DNA from: Octopus sinensis | Taxonomy: Eukaryota | Reading direction: 5' to 3' | DNA: 64,000 nt | NCBI RefSeq assembly: GCF_006345805.1 | Contig: NC_042999.1 | Location: 125,178,001-125,242,000 of the forward strand | Part shown: piece by piece, positions 63,858 through 64,000 of the stretch | Numbering within the stretch: position 1 is the first letter of the stretch | How the letters are laid out: each line of letters starts with the position of its first letter | Made by a program: the position numbers and the translations under genes | The notes under the pieces: generated by a model | The model's database searches: none | What the model saw: the letters and a program-made list of their open reading frames with translations, nothing else | What the model was told of the DNA's origin: nothing

Positions 63858-64000
63858 TGTGTGTATGTATGTATATATATATCCGAATTTGTGTAAATGT
63901 GTATAGAATAATATTGTTTCACAGGATCTAAAACAAGAGTTTGCACGCAGCAGTTAGTAATTTCTATCCTGTATATCAAAGCTTCTTTACAGCATGTAGT

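Overview
AT-rich, repeat-saturated eukaryotic DNA with no host protein-coding exon that I can support. The SINE families, heavy (TA/TG/CA/GA)n load and LINE types best fit a coleoid cephalopod, most likely Octopus (from recalled family sequences, not a database search). The window is an intergenic or intronic transposon graveyard: about 30 tRNA-derived SINE copies, RTE and CR1-group LINE fragments, a Tigger/pogo fragment, mariner MITEs and a Helitron-like element. Most notable: (1) a complete 1.8-kb ORF1-only ('half-LINE', HAL1-like) retroelement with a 15-bp target-site duplication (TSD) that splits a SINE and shares a 3' tail motif with a tRNA-SINE subfamily; (2) two TA-flanked Penelope-like short elements, each with a minimal type-I hammerhead-ribozyme-like fold; (3) three Merlin-type elements with GG termini and 8-bp TSDs, one nested in another and one keeping a transposase remnant; (4) a pre-miRNA-like hairpin at 418-510; (5) a near-identical inverted triplication at 40.5-41.3 kb that may be an assembly artefact. 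Nearly all ORFs in the supplied track are microsatellite or TE read-through. Boundaries of degraded repeats are approximate; TSD, TIR and motif coordinates were read base by base.
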